From positions 63,916,144-63,980,143 of the forward strand of contig NC_134847.1 in assembly GCF_965363235.1 (NCBI RefSeq): 64,000 bases of DNA, read 5' to 3'. The DNA comes from Mytilus galloprovincialis (lineage: Eukaryota). Shown in pieces: positions 1-12,916 of the stretch. Each line of letters opens with the position of its first letter. Position 1 is the stretch's first letter. Under the pieces are notes generated by a model. It was not told where the DNA came from. It did no database searches and saw nothing but the letters and a program-made list of their open reading frames with translations. Made by a program: the position numbers and the translations under genes.

Positions 1-411
1 TAATGAGACAATTGTAAAACTTTAATGGCAGTTATACATATTTATCTCACCTCCAATACATTTCTAGGAATATGATTGGTTAAAAGCGTCCACGTTGAGA
101 TCGTGTATATTCCATAATAGGTTAATTGGGAGGAAGGCTTATTTCAATACACAGTTAGTAGCGGAGTTACGACTTTGGCACTTTTTAATTATTCAAATGT
201 GTTGTAATTTCTGTTTAATGACTTTAATATTATCATATCAAGGTTGTTTATATTAAATTGGTATTGTTGACATTAGGTTTTTATGCAGACCAATGGAAGT
301 AGGTTCATAAAATTAAACACTTGAACACTTTAATATAAAATATAAAGTTGTGGTATGATTGCAAATGAGACAACTCTGGTCTAAATTCCACAAATAAAGA
401 TAGTCGGTAAG

Positions 412-560
412 ACAAACTAGTTACAAAGTGTGCTAGTGACCTCATACGATATATATCGATCAGTAAATTTTGTATGGGGTTCCAGCTTCACTCACACCCC
501 ATATGGAATTTACTGACCCCGTATATATCGTATTAGGTCACTAACACACTATGTAACTAA
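412..560. mobile_element. Hairpin MITE (about 150-bp imperfect palindrome)
   Basis: The arm AGTTACAAAGTGTGCTAGTGACCTCATACGATATATATCGATCAGTAAATTTTGTATGGGGT has a 15-nt loop and then its inverted arm ACCCCATATGGAATTTACTGACCCCGTATATATCGTATTAGGTCACTAACACACTATGTAACT. A truncated related copy lies at 36225..36300. Confidence 0.55.
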
Positions 561-1026
561 CACTATCTGTTTATAAACAAAAATAAAATTAATAGAAATT
601 GTTATATTATCTAATATTGGTTTAAATGTTTAATATTTCATTCCTTTGTGACAATCAAACTACTTTCAGCACCATTCACATACAGGATAGATCCACCATC
701 TTTGTATTGTTTTCTACAACGAAAGTCGTATGTGATTGTTTATAAATATACAAATAAATAGTTATCAAAGGTACCAGGATTATAAAATGCGTTATGTTTA
801 AAAAGAAACTACAACAGAACTGATTTGCCAATATCCTAGGATACGAACTGTTATCAAATTTTGTTTTATCTATAAACTTATAACTGTAATTGTAATTTCT
901 GTAATCTATAAATGGAACTTGAAGAAGTATAACAAATATTCTGAACTTCGAGGTAAATAAATATTCTGAACTCCGAGGTAAATAAATAAATGTGAGGTCC
1001 ATAAAAACTGACAAAACTGTGATGAT

Positions 1027-1460
1027 TCTTTGCTATATAGATATAGGAAGATGTGGTGTGAGTGCCAATGAGACAACTCTCCATCCAAATAACAATTTAT
1101 AAAAGTAAACCATTGTAGATCAAGGTACGGCCTTCTACACGGAGCCTTGGCTCACACCTAACAATAAGCTATAAAGGGCCCAAAAATTACTAGTGTAAAA
1201 CCATTCAAACGAGAAATCCAACGGTCTTATCTATATAAAAAACGAGAAACGAGAAACACGTATAAATTACATAAACAAACGACAACGTCTGTACATCAGA
1301 TTCCTGACTTAGGACAGATGCAAATATTTGCAGCGGGATCAAACGGTTTAATGGTACCAAACCTTCTCCCCCTTTTTCTGAAACAATAGTATAACATCAC
1401 AACATAGAAAAACACACGATAAAATAACAATTGGAAGGCTTAACTCAATCAGAAAACGTA
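1027..1460 (+). mobile_element. SINE-like interspersed repeat family A, full-length copy (about 430 bp)
   Basis: It begins ATATAGGAAGATGTGGTGTGAGTGCCAATGAGACAACTCTCCATCCAAAT...GGTACGGCCTTCTACACGGAGCC...CGAGAAACGAGAAACACG. It is about 85% identical to the copy at 48657..49070. Confidence 0.7.
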
Positions 1461-2377
1461 AATTAACATTATTTGGTACTGTTTAACATTGATTTGACGT
1501 GTATTTTGTTGTTGTCTATACTACCGATAATGTAAAGTTAAATATTTTTTTCGTATAAGAAAAAAACTGTTTTGCCACTGAAACTTATATTTTGGTGTTT
1601 AAAATTGTCCAGCGTGTGTGTCGTATCTAAAACATTAAAATAGTATGTCGATGAACGACTTCAAGCTACTTAGTTTTCTTTTGAATTGTTTTATATCAGT
1701 GATTTCGGGGTCTTTGATAGCTGACTATGTTGTATGGGCTTTACTCATTGTTGAAGGCCATACGATGACTTATAATTTTTAATTTCTGTGTCATTTTTGG
1801 TCTCTTGAAAGAGCTGTGATATTGGCAATTATACCACATCATCTTCTTTATATATTTTTTTTCACGTGATATATTCAACTATTAATACTCATTCTCAGTT
1901 CCTTAACACATTTCCCATCAATTAAAAAAAGATGTCATTGGTTGTAATTACATAATGTTATGAATTTGATTTGTTGTTTAGTGTTTTTCTCAGCTCTTTA
2001 CAATTATGATAATTACAAATAGAAAATTGCTTTCTTTGACTGAATTTAAAACTGGTCATATATTTTACAAAACGGCTGTTTAAATACAGTCAAAGCCTAG
2101 TCATCAATGTAAGTAGTATAAAGTCAGAAAACTCTAAGGATACTTTCAATACTATGCATCATGTTAACTATTCTAGTGAGACTTTAAAATATATGTGTTT
2201 ACTGTAAAATTATTTTGATAGGTTGAATGCTAAGGTGAAAAGATATAATTTAATGAAAATCCCTTGAGATATTGCTCATTTATTAACGTATGCTTTATCT
2301 GAAACATCTTATGAACGACATTTTTATGAGCAAATGGTTTAAAGTATAGAATCATTTGAGAAATCCATTCCTTCGAT

Positions 2378-2563
2378 TTAAGGTTTTTGTTGCTTAGACG
2401 TAAATACAGACCTTGAAATATTTTCAGCTTCGTGTATACTTTGAGGCAATGGCATATTTTTAGTCTCTGGAAGGGCAAACGATAGTAAACCAGCACAAAT
2501 ACCAAAAGCCCCAAATATTACCAGCGGTAAGGCAACACCAAACTTTGTATCAACCAATACACC
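2378..2563 (-). CDS. SLC22-like terminal coding exon 9 (TM12 + C-terminus; stop TAA at 2380..2378)
   Basis: The acceptor is aactttgtag|GGT. It encodes GVLVDTKFGVALPLVIFGAFGICAGLLSFALPETKNMPLPQSIHEAENISRSVFTSKQQKP*, where the SLC22 consensus is LPLILFA.L..LAA...LLLPETKG..LPET..DAEN. A weak internal donor TCAAG|GTCTGT might splice to a further exon, but the read-through stop is close. Confidence 0.75.
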   Translation of the reverse strand, partial: GVLVDTKFGVALPLVIFGAFGICAGLLSFALPETKNMPLPQSIHEAENISRSVFTSKQQKP

Positions 2564-2814
2564 CTACAAATATATGAAATGAATTTGCTGGAAATTAACT
2601 AATTATAATTGATACATGAAGAACCTGTGAAATGTGACTTAAAAGCTATCATTATTTATCTTATTTTATTCTAGGGTTATTCGTGTTCCTATTGTAATTC
2701 TGACTGTTAAATCTAACCTTCATTTTAGCATGCGTCTCATGTTTATGGATTTTTCATATTTCATTAAAGCAGGAAATTGAATGAGTTTTAAAAGTAAAAT
2801 TGGATTAGATTTTG

Positions 2815-2842
2815 GTAAAATCAAATATATATATATATATAT
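2815..2842. repeat. (TA)n microsatellite
   Basis: ATATATATATATATATATAT lies in the intron just 5' of SLC22 exon 8. Confidence 0.7.
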
Positions 2843-2930
2843 AAACATCTTGTCAAAATTTCTTTCCTCGTTTCGAAAAATGGTCACCACGAAAAAAGAT
2901 TGTAAAAAATCTCAAAAAACACATATTTAC

Positions 2931-3112
2931 CAAATCACCCACATATGCAGACACCATTGACCCAGCATACCCAGATGAGCTGCAAATTCCAATCGCAAAT
3001 GATCTGAGGTTAGTTGGGAAATTTTCCGCTACCATAAGATAAATATTAAAGTATGCCACCGTTATTGTGAGCTTTCCTATCATAGCTAAGGTTATCGTCA
3101 ACCAGTGAAGGG
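2931..3112 (-). CDS. SLC22-like coding exon 8 (TM9-TM11)
   Basis: The acceptor is ttttcatttgtctactacag|CC. It encodes (S)LHWLTITLAMIGKLTITVAYFNIYLMVAENFPTNLRSFAIGICSSSGYAGSMVSAYVGDL, where the SLC22 consensus is DLHWL...ELYPTVIR...G..S..R.GS..SP. The donor is GATTTG|GTAAAT. An alternative acceptor 60 nt upstream (gcaag|GT) was rejected because the protein alignment is poorer. Confidence 0.8.
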
Positions 3113-4412
3113 CTGTAGTAGACAAATGAAAATACGATAAAAACCATGTTATCATACCTTGCATACAAAGTTTTAGTCCGACGTGGTTTAAATGAATTTA
3201 AATACAACATAGATGCAAAGAAAGAAGTATAGACTTCCAAGTGCATTTAGGTATTACTAGCTATGTTCATTTTAACCCCGAAATGTTGATTGAATGAACC
3301 GTGTCATTGTTACTCCTTCTACATGGTTTGTCGTATCTACATGAAACTATATGCTATATGCAAATAAATTCGTGGATTAACATTCGAGTTCCATAATGAA
3401 TAGATATAAGTCATATTTTACAAAAGCCGAATTGATTATGAATTTAGCTTGTAAAATTCAGTTTAAAAATTATCAGTCTGAATAGTTATGTTTTTATCAT
3501 GATAGTTTATTTAATTGATTTGGATCAATGCAAAACCAGGTATTAATTCCAATGGGGCGATAGCAAAGAAATTGCGTATATATCTATGATCATATCACCT
3601 GATATCATTGATAACTATCAGAGAAATATATGATGAATTTAAAGAGCTAATGGTGGGAATGGAAAACGACGAAAAAGTATGTTATCTTAATGTGAAACTA
3701 CAAGCAATTTCAAGTATCTTCCAATTGGTGATATTAGTGCGAACCTAACTAAATTTTTCTACATTTTCATCTGCTATTGTTCAATCTATTTAAACTTTTT
3801 TTCAGTTCTGTTGTTTTATTGAGTGAATACAATAGCTATTGTTGTGTTTGTAGTTTATTCACCGGTACCTTTAATTTCTTTTAGCAAATAAAAGTTTGAA
3901 TAGATTGAAACTGTGGAAATGTTTCTTTTTTTTTTCATGCAGCTTGTGCATTTTAAAACGTTCGTTAAAAAAAGACAGACAGCAAATATGAAAAAAAGTC
4001 ATTGACTCCAAAAATCAAACAAACCACCAACGAATTATGTTATGATACAGAGTCTGGAAGCAAGTATATGTTGGGTCGCTATCAAGTGTACCTGATTATA
4101 AAAATGATAATCGTTTGCGTATATAAAGTTCCAAAAAGTTCACCTCCACTTATTGACAGTGAAAACTATACCATTTGTTTCACATCTATTAGACAAACGG
4201 AAAAGCGAAATGAATTGTACATAATATAATGCATTTGCAATCATCGATGGAAAATGTTCACATTGGTTTAACTCCTTTAAAAATACGTACGTTATCGGCA
4301 TGTCAAGAAAGCTCATATATACTAAAGTTATGTACTTAAGGGGCTTTTTCAGAAGTTTTATTATACTTTGATTGCAATTAAAGCTTTTGAAAGTGTTCTT
4401 AATTCTACTTAC

Positions 4413-4639
4413 ATGGGCCACCGTACAAAGATGAAAATATTGTACACAGGCAACCAATGCCACAGATTAACATAGAAGAACTGAATATTTTCTTTCTTCC
4501 AAGTCTTTCCACCACATAAAGACATACGAATAAGGCAATTACTTCAGCTGACGTGGATATTAAATAATTAACATAAACATCACCACCTAAGTTACCAACT
4601 TTCATTGTGATCCCAAAATAAGTCATACTTATTGAAAAC
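4413..4639 (-). CDS. SLC22-like coding exon 7 (TM7-TM8)
   Basis: The acceptor is tttaacag|G. It encodes (W)FSISMTYFGITMKVGNLGGDVYVNYLISTSAEVIALFVCLYVVERLGRKKIFSSSMLICGIGCLCTIFSSLYGGP, where the SLC22 consensus is LSLNVGNLGGNIYLNF...DRLGRR. The donor is CCCAT|GTAAGT. Confidence 0.9.
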
Positions 4640-5717
4640 CTGTTAAACATATTACAAGTTTATATTAAAATGCTACATTTTTATCATAACACAAGAAAGT
4701 CTACAAATATCAAGCAAACATTTAATAAAAGCAAGAACGATAACAAAATGAAAAGTTTTAAACACAAAACATACATCGTTAAACTCTATTGAGATGTCAG
4801 TGTTCACTGTTGACTTGATAATGCTTTTACTATTCCTTAGATTTTCGTTTATTACATAACTTATTGATGATGATGTAAGTTTTTAACGACATTGACTTGC
4901 TATAGAGCCCTTGCACGGTCGGTTTAAGGTTTTCGCGGTTGACAATAAATATACACGTAATTCAGTTATCCAATAAGTGTAATTGATGTGAAAAGAAATG
5001 CTTACTCCGTCAATTATAAAAGTGAAACTGCTGCGTCCACAAAGTGCCTTCTGTCTGAACAGAAAAAACTGAAAACGGCTAGAAATGGGCATGCAAATAC
5101 CGATTTTAAATCAGTGGATATTTTTTGGCTTTTTTTATATAAAAAATAAGATATGGTATGATTGCAAATAGCTATTCAACAATCGTAATACTTTCAAATA
5201 TGATTTATATCAATATTGAGGGAAATGTTTTTTTTTTTATTGCAATTCAATGAAAAATTGCTTTCCTTGGGCATGCCATGAAATGAATATACCGCTTGGT
5301 ATCATGGTCTCATGATGGCCTCGAGTGCATGATATCGTGTGCTCGATTTCATGTTGTTTCAAACAATATCCTTGACCTTTTAGCTACATTTCCGCTAAAT
5401 ATGCGTCCTTAAGTAGTAAGAACAGACTGATCAGTTCAAAGTCATAAGTATGTGTCTGGGTATGGTAACATGTCCAGCTGCTATATTTTAGCTTGTGAAA
5501 TTGCACGTTGCATATACGGCTTAGCATGTCGGTCAAATATAAAACTGGGTTCAAAGTCATATCACATTAAGACATTCTTGTCCTTATATGTACACAATAT
5601 TTGTCATCCGACGTTCAACAACAATTCTTTCACCCATGCTGCTATATCATGGCAATACATTGATTGATGTACATGCTGATTTACAAAGTGTTTATGTTAT
5701 TGTATCAAAGTACTTAC

Positions 5718-5942
5718 CAATTAAACATAAATATAGCCAATCGAACAGTAAGAACTTTTGTCTTGAAAAGCTCTCCGACTGTTGTACAAAATGCAACCTT
5801 TTCATGTTTTTCATCAACCTTAATATTCTGAATGTCAACGTCAAAACTAGCATTATTTTCTTTTGCTATATCCTTTAGAATCATTTCAGCTCTCGATAAC
5901 TTCCCCTTAGCTATCAGCCATCGTGGCGACTCTTTCTGGAAT
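5718..5942 (-). CDS. SLC22-like coding exon 6 (ESPRWL motif, cytoplasmic loop)
   Basis: The acceptor is cttcag|A. It encodes (L)FQKESPRWLIAKGKLSRAEMILKDIAKENNASFDVDIQNIKVDEKHEKVAFCTTVGELFKTKVLTVRLAIFMFN. The donor is AATTG|GTAAGT. Confidence 0.9.
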
Positions 5943-6360
5943 CTGAAGTATAGTATTTCTAAATATAATGATTTGCATTTCTAAGAGAAAACTGTGTGAG
6001 GGGCTAACAATTACGTGCGCTGTTCATTAGTATTTTGTCTGGTTTCTTTAACAATATTTTTTGTTAATACTTTTTTTCGCGTTAAGATATATCTATATTG
6101 TAAATTCTGCCTTCATGTTCATCATAATAAAACACAAATAAATGCTTTATTAATTTGACAGAAAGAACAAACGAAGAAAAACAATATAGTACTGTTCCTT
6201 GAATCTTTGTGTTTTCATGAACGAGTAGTGATTTTGTTTCTTGAAATGTTTTGCCATTTCCCTTCTTTTCCATAAATTGTCCAAAGTATTTTTATTATTT
6301 TATTGTATTCAAAATAAACTATTTAGTTGCTATGATTATACTTGATATATATCTACATAC

Positions 6361-6529
6361 AGTAATGAGGTGAGAAATATTCCAACAACTATTGATGTTG
6401 ACCAGCCCAGAATTCGCCAATCTCTGATAAAGTAGGCAAAAATTACCAGCACGTATTCTCCAATACAGAAGGAGAAATAATAGGCAAAGTTTGCAAACAC
6501 TCTTTTAGATGGATCCACCAATTCGGTAG
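6361..6529 (-). CDS. SLC22-like coding exon 5 (TM4-TM6)
   Basis: The acceptor is tttcgttctag|CT. It encodes (A)TELVDPSKRVFANFAYYFSFCIGEYVLVIFAYFIRDWRILGWSTSIVVGIFLTSL, in which AYFIRDWR is a near-invariant SLC22 block. The donor is ACT|GTATGT. Confidence 0.85.
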
Positions 6530-6890
6530 CTAGAACGAAAAACATTTAAACAGATGAATAGCGTTTATGCATTCAACATATTTATATCTTTCATATTGTG
6601 AACTGATATATTGTTCTTTTTTCGAAATGAATCATCCATCTGTTATAAAGGTACACGGAATCTTGCGCATAGAATAATAATAAGATTATTTATTGAATCC
6701 AATTGAAGGGCCCGTTTCTTGGCATAAACATTTAAGTAAGGTAAACAAATTACCAGCAGTACTTGTTAAATTTTACTGCTTCTCATTTTATTAATCTTCA
6801 AATTCGTTGTCATATTTCTGTTAGATTAACATTTAAACATATCCACCTAATCACATATAAAAACTGCGATATAAAATGTAAACAGCATAC

Positions 6891-7045
6891 CTAGAGTATA
6901 ACCTGACTGATACACGAGTATGCTGAAATAACCGTTCGCAAATATCAGGAAACCAACAAGTGGAAGAGACGAAACAAAAGACCTTATCAAATTTGGTAAC
7001 ATCATTCCTATAAGCGCTGTTGTCAATACGGGTCGTCTACCTAAT
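6891..7045 (-). CDS. SLC22-like coding exon 4 (TM2-TM3; D-R-x-G-R-R motif)
   Basis: The acceptor is aaattcag|A. It encodes (T)LGRRPVLTTALIGMMLPNLIRSFVSSLPLVGFLIFANGYFSILVYQSGYTL. The donor is CTCTAG|GTATGC. Phases link to exons 3 and 5. Confidence 0.85.
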
Positions 7046-9589
7046 CTGAATTTAAAAAATATATAATTCTGAGAGATTTGGTTACCAAATAAAAAAAAAA
7101 TCAGTTTAAACAGCATGGTTCTTCTAGTGCTATTAAACTAGTCAACAAACGAAACGATACAAGACTTTTTTTTTCGAATTAAAGATAAAGTTTTCCGTTC
7201 ATTGGACCAATATTGAAAGAAGTAATACTTAATCATTATGGAAATATAAATCCGTTTAAAAAAACATTTTTTTTTTCTTTGTGACGTTTTTTCGCAATTT
7301 TTTTTTTTTACAAAATTTACATAAAACGACAATTTTAAAAACAGAAGTTCCAACTAATGATGCCAACCTCTCATTTAAAGGTAAAGACAGTGTTTGCCAT
7401 CAATTTGTTTTTAAAAATCATACAGTTTCTTCGTTTATTAGTTAAGCAAAGTTCGGTCCCACGAGAAATCGTTAAAATGTATACATTATCAACTGATTTA
7501 CCATAGACAGTATGTGTAAAGTGATATTCAAAAAGCGGTAACAATCTTAAAACTAATCCGAAAGGTTCCAAATTTACTGTGTATTGTTTTCATATCTAAA
7601 GCATTGATTTGAGACGAAAATAAAAAAAAATTTTTTTGCAATTTTTGAGATTTCAAAAAACACTTTTTTTCCCAAAAATTAAAAAAAACAATATTTCAAC
7701 CCATTAGTTACAACATGAACATAATTTGATTAGCATATTGAATATTTTTAAACAAATTTGAAATTTTATTTAGTACTTAGAAAATTATGTGTCGATTTTT
7801 TATTCAACTTTCCGCAAAACTAATTTACACCCTATGATCGTTTACACGGAAATTAGATACTTTCCGAAAAGTTTTGATTTTCATTATCACATGTGCATAC
7901 ATTGCAAATGAAAGCTTTTTAAAATAGTGTATATCATTTTGTTTTATATGTAATACTTTTTGATAAATTTTATTTCAAAGTCGTGTATCGTTTCTTTTGT
8001 TGACTAGTTTTTTTAAGAAACATATTAACAATCACAATCAACAATGTAATTATGTCCTTAAATGTTGTTTTATTGGTAAACATATTGATTTTGTTATCAG
8101 TAAATTAAAACCAAATAAAAAGTCTGGTTATATACATTGGAATATTCACGATACCAGTAATTTGGCATTACACAAGGTCATTTGTCTCGAACTGCTAATG
8201 ACGTCTTTGCACTATATTCGTTGGATGTTGGATGTGTACAGTTTGATATTTTAGTCTTAGATACATAATGTTTTATTATGTGTTATTGGCTTTCAATTAA
8301 CTATCAGTGACTGAGAGTATTCTCAGATTTGTACTTTGTGTATATTTTTTATTGCGGGATATAATTTGGATCGATTTGATGAATAAAACACTTTTCAGGT
8401 GTTTTTTTTATAGTTTGTTCTTATGTTATCCGTTACACCTCTGTCCCAGGTTAGGGAAGGGTTTGCGGTTTAAAACATATCTACCGCCACTTTCTGTATG
8501 TGTATGTACCAAATCAGGACCTGTTATTCAAAGGTGTTCGTTTGTTACTGTATATCAAATTTTGGTTTCGTTCATTAATTTGTACATGAACAAGGCCGTT
8601 AGTTTTTCTCGTTTTAATGGTTTTCATTTGTCATTTAGATGCATTTATAGCTACCTATGGAATATGGTTTTGTTCATTGTTGAAGGAAATAGGGTGACCT
8701 ATAGTTGTTAACTTCTATTTCATTTAGTCTCTGATCAATTGTTGTCTTATTGGCAATTATAACACAGTAACTTTTTTTATAATATATGCGATAATTAATG
8801 TCTTTTTTATTTTTAGCCATGCCGTTGTCAGTTTATTTTCTATCTATGAGTTTGACTCTCCCACTGGTATCTTTCGCTCCTCTTTTAGTCTGGCTAAAAT
8901 ATAATAACACTCTAGAGACAATACAGCAATTAGCATTGTGATTCCAAATCTTCAAATATGATAATGGCGTACATTTCAAATTAGATTAAAAAAAATCGGA
9001 TTTCAGTACTATTTTTTTACTATTATTTGATATCTCAAAAATCCTTTAGTACAAAATTATTCAAGAGTTTAGACTTAAAGTATCAATTGCACCATAACAT
9101 CTTCTTTTTGATATTTCTCTTGCATGCTTTTCATGCTGAGCGTATGATTGGTCTCAGTCTATGGAAGAAGCGTATCGATAAAAACTTTTCTTATATCACA
9201 TAGCGATATTGTCTAATATCAATTGTAAATATGCAGACATTCCATGCGCAAAATGTTGTTTTCGGCAACGAAAAATTAAGAAAATACTAACTTTAAAACT
9301 TATTGTTCAAATGTAAACAACAATTGAGTCTAAATATACATTCAGAAGTTAGTTAGAAGCTCAAGTTTATGTCCGTGTAAAATTTGAAGTGCTGTGTTTT
9401 TCTTATATACATAAATAAACAAATGATATTAGTTCTTATATCAATGCGATACTTTTAAAATATCAAAGCGGTGTTTTTGTTATATCAATATTAGTACTTA
9501 TTAGTATTAATATTAGACTGCTGTACCCATATTTTGACAATTTTACCTATTATGTCTGTTTTGTTCACGCATCGTTGTAAATATGACAG

Positions 9590-9800
9590 AATGTGATGAG
9601 ACTGTCATACACGTGAGAGGTTAAGCGCTATAAAACCAGGTTCAATCCACCATGTTCAAATTTGAAAATGCCAGTACCGAGTCAGAAATATGACAGTTGT
9701 TATCGATTCGTTTGGTGTGTTTTATCATTTGATTTTACCATTTGATAAGGGACTTTCTGTTTTGAATTTTCCTCGGAGTTCAGTATTTTTGTAATTTTAC
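9590..9800 (-). mobile_element. Family B repeat, partial (reverse orientation)
   Basis: It is the reverse complement of the ACTGAACTCCGAGG...CCAAACGAATCGATAACAACTGTCATATTTCTGACTCGGTACTGGCATTTTC...GAACCTGGTTTTATAGCGCTTAACCTCTCAC blocks. Confidence 0.65.
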
Positions 9801-10184
9801 TTCTTAATAGTATTGTTTGTAAATAAGCAGTTTTAAGATCATTACTTAAATTCAAATTGTTTTTGATAACATCTTACAAATTTCTCAATTGGTTTTGGAA
9901 GCAAAACTAATCAAATAAAGGTTTACAAACAATATCGTAATCAAAGAGCTAAGTATCAAAATGATTGTTCACATACATAACATTTAGCAATTTTTTTAAT
10001 GAACGCACCGAAATAATATATATCCGATATTCTCGCAACACACGCATGGATGACTTTCTTTATTGATAACAATGAAACTAACTTGTGACAAAGATGAATC
10101 ATACTGATCTCGTTCAGATAGATTCGACAAAATCTGATCTGCATTTTTTAATCTCCTTTTTAATACAAATTAGACCTTGGTTTT

Positions 10185-10335
10185 CCTGTTTGAATGGTTT
10201 AACACTAGTAATGTTTTTGTTCCTATATAGCGTGGTGTTCGCTGTGTGCCAAGGCTCCGTGTTTAAGGCCATACTTTGATCTATAATGGTTTACTTTAAA
10301 CAATTATTACTTTGATGGAAAGTTGTCTCATTCGA
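10185..10335 (-). mobile_element. Family A repeat, diverged 5' fragment (reverse orientation)
   Basis: Sequence: GCCAAGGCTCCGTGTTTAAGGCCATACTTTGATCTATAATGGTTTAC...GGAAAGTTGTCTCATTCGAACTCATGCACCATCTTCTTATAT. Confidence 0.5.
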
Positions 10336-12333
10336 ACTCATGCACCATCTTCTTATATCTATAAATCTTTTTTAAAAAATCCCCTTATAAATAACTACTT
10401 TCCAGTCCTCAAACTGAACGATCTACATTTATAAATATAGAAAAGATATATACACATTTCTAACGTCAAAAGACATTTACATCTTATTTATTTGTGTTCT
10501 TAACATTTTTTTTTAGTACTCATTGAAGAAATGACTTTATAACAAGCTATACGGATTGTTATTTTGCACCAAGAAATGTTCGCGTATTTATACGATCGGT
10601 TACTAGTCAAAAACGAAAGGCAATCTCTGTGACAACAATACATCGGAATGCCCTCACGGTCATCGCGATGTAAAATAGCGTCCACGCGGCGAGCTGATTA
10701 TGTTCATAGAGATTTCGATTTACCAACAGGAAAAGTCTTTGATATATAAAAAAAAAAAAAAAAAAGAACTGTTTTCCTTCTCAATATTTTGCTCTATGTT
10801 AATAATAAATACATTTTCTGTTTGACAAGATTTTTGATTTTCATTGTATCTGAAGTTGTCCAATTTATAGTCTGAGGCTACTCAGTTGGTATCTTCAAAG
10901 TTCGGGACATCAGCATTTGTGCATCTTAATTTGTTTGGATTATTTATTTTACCATTTGAATATTCATTGTAATTTGGAGCTGTATTTGATTGGATTGTTT
11001 GATAGAATTTTTCTTTTAAGTAATGATATTTTTTTGTCTATTTCGATATTACCAAGGTGGATAGGCTATAGCAGTGTGACCAGTATATTAGAATCTAATA
11101 GGTCGGTAGACTATTTGCAACCACATTTAAATTCCACCATTGCATCATCACTTCAAATAGAATTAGTCGGTTAAACCAATGTGTTTGAAAACAATAGACT
11201 GATCAGGTTGTTAACACTTTCAACTATTAATAGGGTCAAGCAACATTTTCGAAATGATAAGTTTATATAAGCGTTAATTTTGCCACAGTTACGAAATTTT
11301 AGTGATATTGACCCTAAAACATTAAACAAGTCATGATCTAAGTTTGTGAATTATGTTTGCAGTTTTCTTGACATGCATTGTGACGTGTCATCGTATTCAT
11401 TTTATATTAGAAAACTATAGCAGTTATATTATAAAAAGTATCGCATTCATAAATTTTTGATATAACAAAATCATCGCTATGATATAAGACCAATATCGCA
11501 TTGATATAATAAAATATAGCAGTATCTTTGACTTATAGGTGATTTTGGCTTAGCAAACAATTGAATTGCTACATGATATTTATAGAATGTGTACACCTAC
11601 AAATGATAAATCGTGCATTTATGTTTCATTTAATCAACAGTTCAATTTTCTCGTTTAAATACACCTTGCTTGTTATTACATAAATAATTCATGGAAATTA
11701 TACACCAGACGTATGTCGTGTTAAATGTCACCCTGTTTTAAGAAAAGAGTCTTTACTTTATGCCGAGAAATCTGCCTTTCTTCGTACAAATGCTAACATT
11801 CGTCTGAAATTTCCCACAATGCAACTCGTTGATATAAGACAATATCGCTCGTTGATACAAGAAAAGTTTTTATCGAATCGCTTCTTCCATAGACTGGGTC
11901 TAGTGAAGAGCCATTTCATTTGAAATCATACGGGCAAAATCTTATAAAATGAGTTTTAATTTCAAGGGCGCATCGACCTGTGAAGTCAAGTGCCCAGTTT
12001 TTTAACTAAATTTCACGATTTTGAATATGACACTCTTGTATTTACATCTACATTTTACAAGTCGACCTTTATAACTATATATTCTCATGTGCGCGGGTGA
12101 TAAAAAAATGAGGTTTGTCATCAGATAGCCCTACGACGCATGTATCTATATAGTGCAAATCATAATATTAGCAGCGCTTAAGTTCTGAAGGTTTTGTGAT
12201 GTTGATGATTTGTTTAGTGTTAGACCTTTGCTTTCTTTTTGTCTGTGTTGTCTTTTGTTGCCATGTTATTTGTTATTCTTTTCAATTTTTGTGTACTCTA
12301 TACGACTGCAGATCGACTAGTGTGCATACGTAC

Positions 12334-12437
12334 GTGTCAGAAAACATTCCATATGTGAAGGCACCACTAAAAATTCCAATATAATGACATAGCATCGTGT
12401 GACTTCTTACAAATTTGTTGTCGCATACCATATCAAA
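12334..12437 (-). CDS. SLC22-like coding exon 3 (TM2 region)
   Basis: The acceptor is ccatttttcag|TTTGAT. It encodes FDMVCDNKFVRSHTMLCHYIGIFSGAFTYGMFSD, which matches the F-N-L-V-C...G...G..SD block. The donor is GACAC|GTACGT. At 104 bp it is the same length as exon 2 of human SLC22A1. Confidence 0.85.
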
Positions 12438-12916
12438 CTGAAAAATGGTAATGCATGAATAATTTGTAATGCAAGCACTAACTGTAACTAACAATTTGAC
12501 TGTAAAATACTAATTTACAAATAAGTTTTTTTGTGTTGTGAGCAAACTGCTTGGTTTACAATCTTTATGTTGTTGTTTTCGTTGACTGTTTAACGTACAT
12601 ATTCTTTTGCTATTCGGCATGTTACGTTTCATCCCACTTCTTTTTTAATGCACCAGTCCTAACACAGGAGCATGTTGTTCACTGATTGACGTCGGTGTGG
12701 TTCATATATAAGTGTTTTTGTTTCATTTTTTTTTATATTCAATTCAATTCAAAGTTGTATTGCCATATAAACTATACAGTTTGTGACATATAACAACAAC
12801 AAAAACAAATAAAGACAATTACTAAGTAACTCAATATATATACACAAATTCAGGTAAATATTAAAGGGTCCCCTGTCCTCAGTTCCATTGACTTTTTATA
12901 AAGGATCCTAGTTTAT

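Noticed and set aside
340-380. Short matches to the family A 5' end (GGTATGATTGCAAATGAGACAACTC), also at 5150..5180
   Set aside because: They are too short (25 to 35 bp) to call as element copies. They are probably relic fragments.
3046-3246. 66-aa minus-strand ORF overlapping SLC22 exon 8
   Set aside because: It is in a different frame from the exon and has no family similarity. The exon frame is the one supported by SLC22 conservation.
8307-8711. 134-aa plus-strand ORF
   Set aside because: It overlaps family A-related repeat fragments (8590..8720). Its Cys/Phe/Leu-rich composition is typical of random AT-rich DNA.
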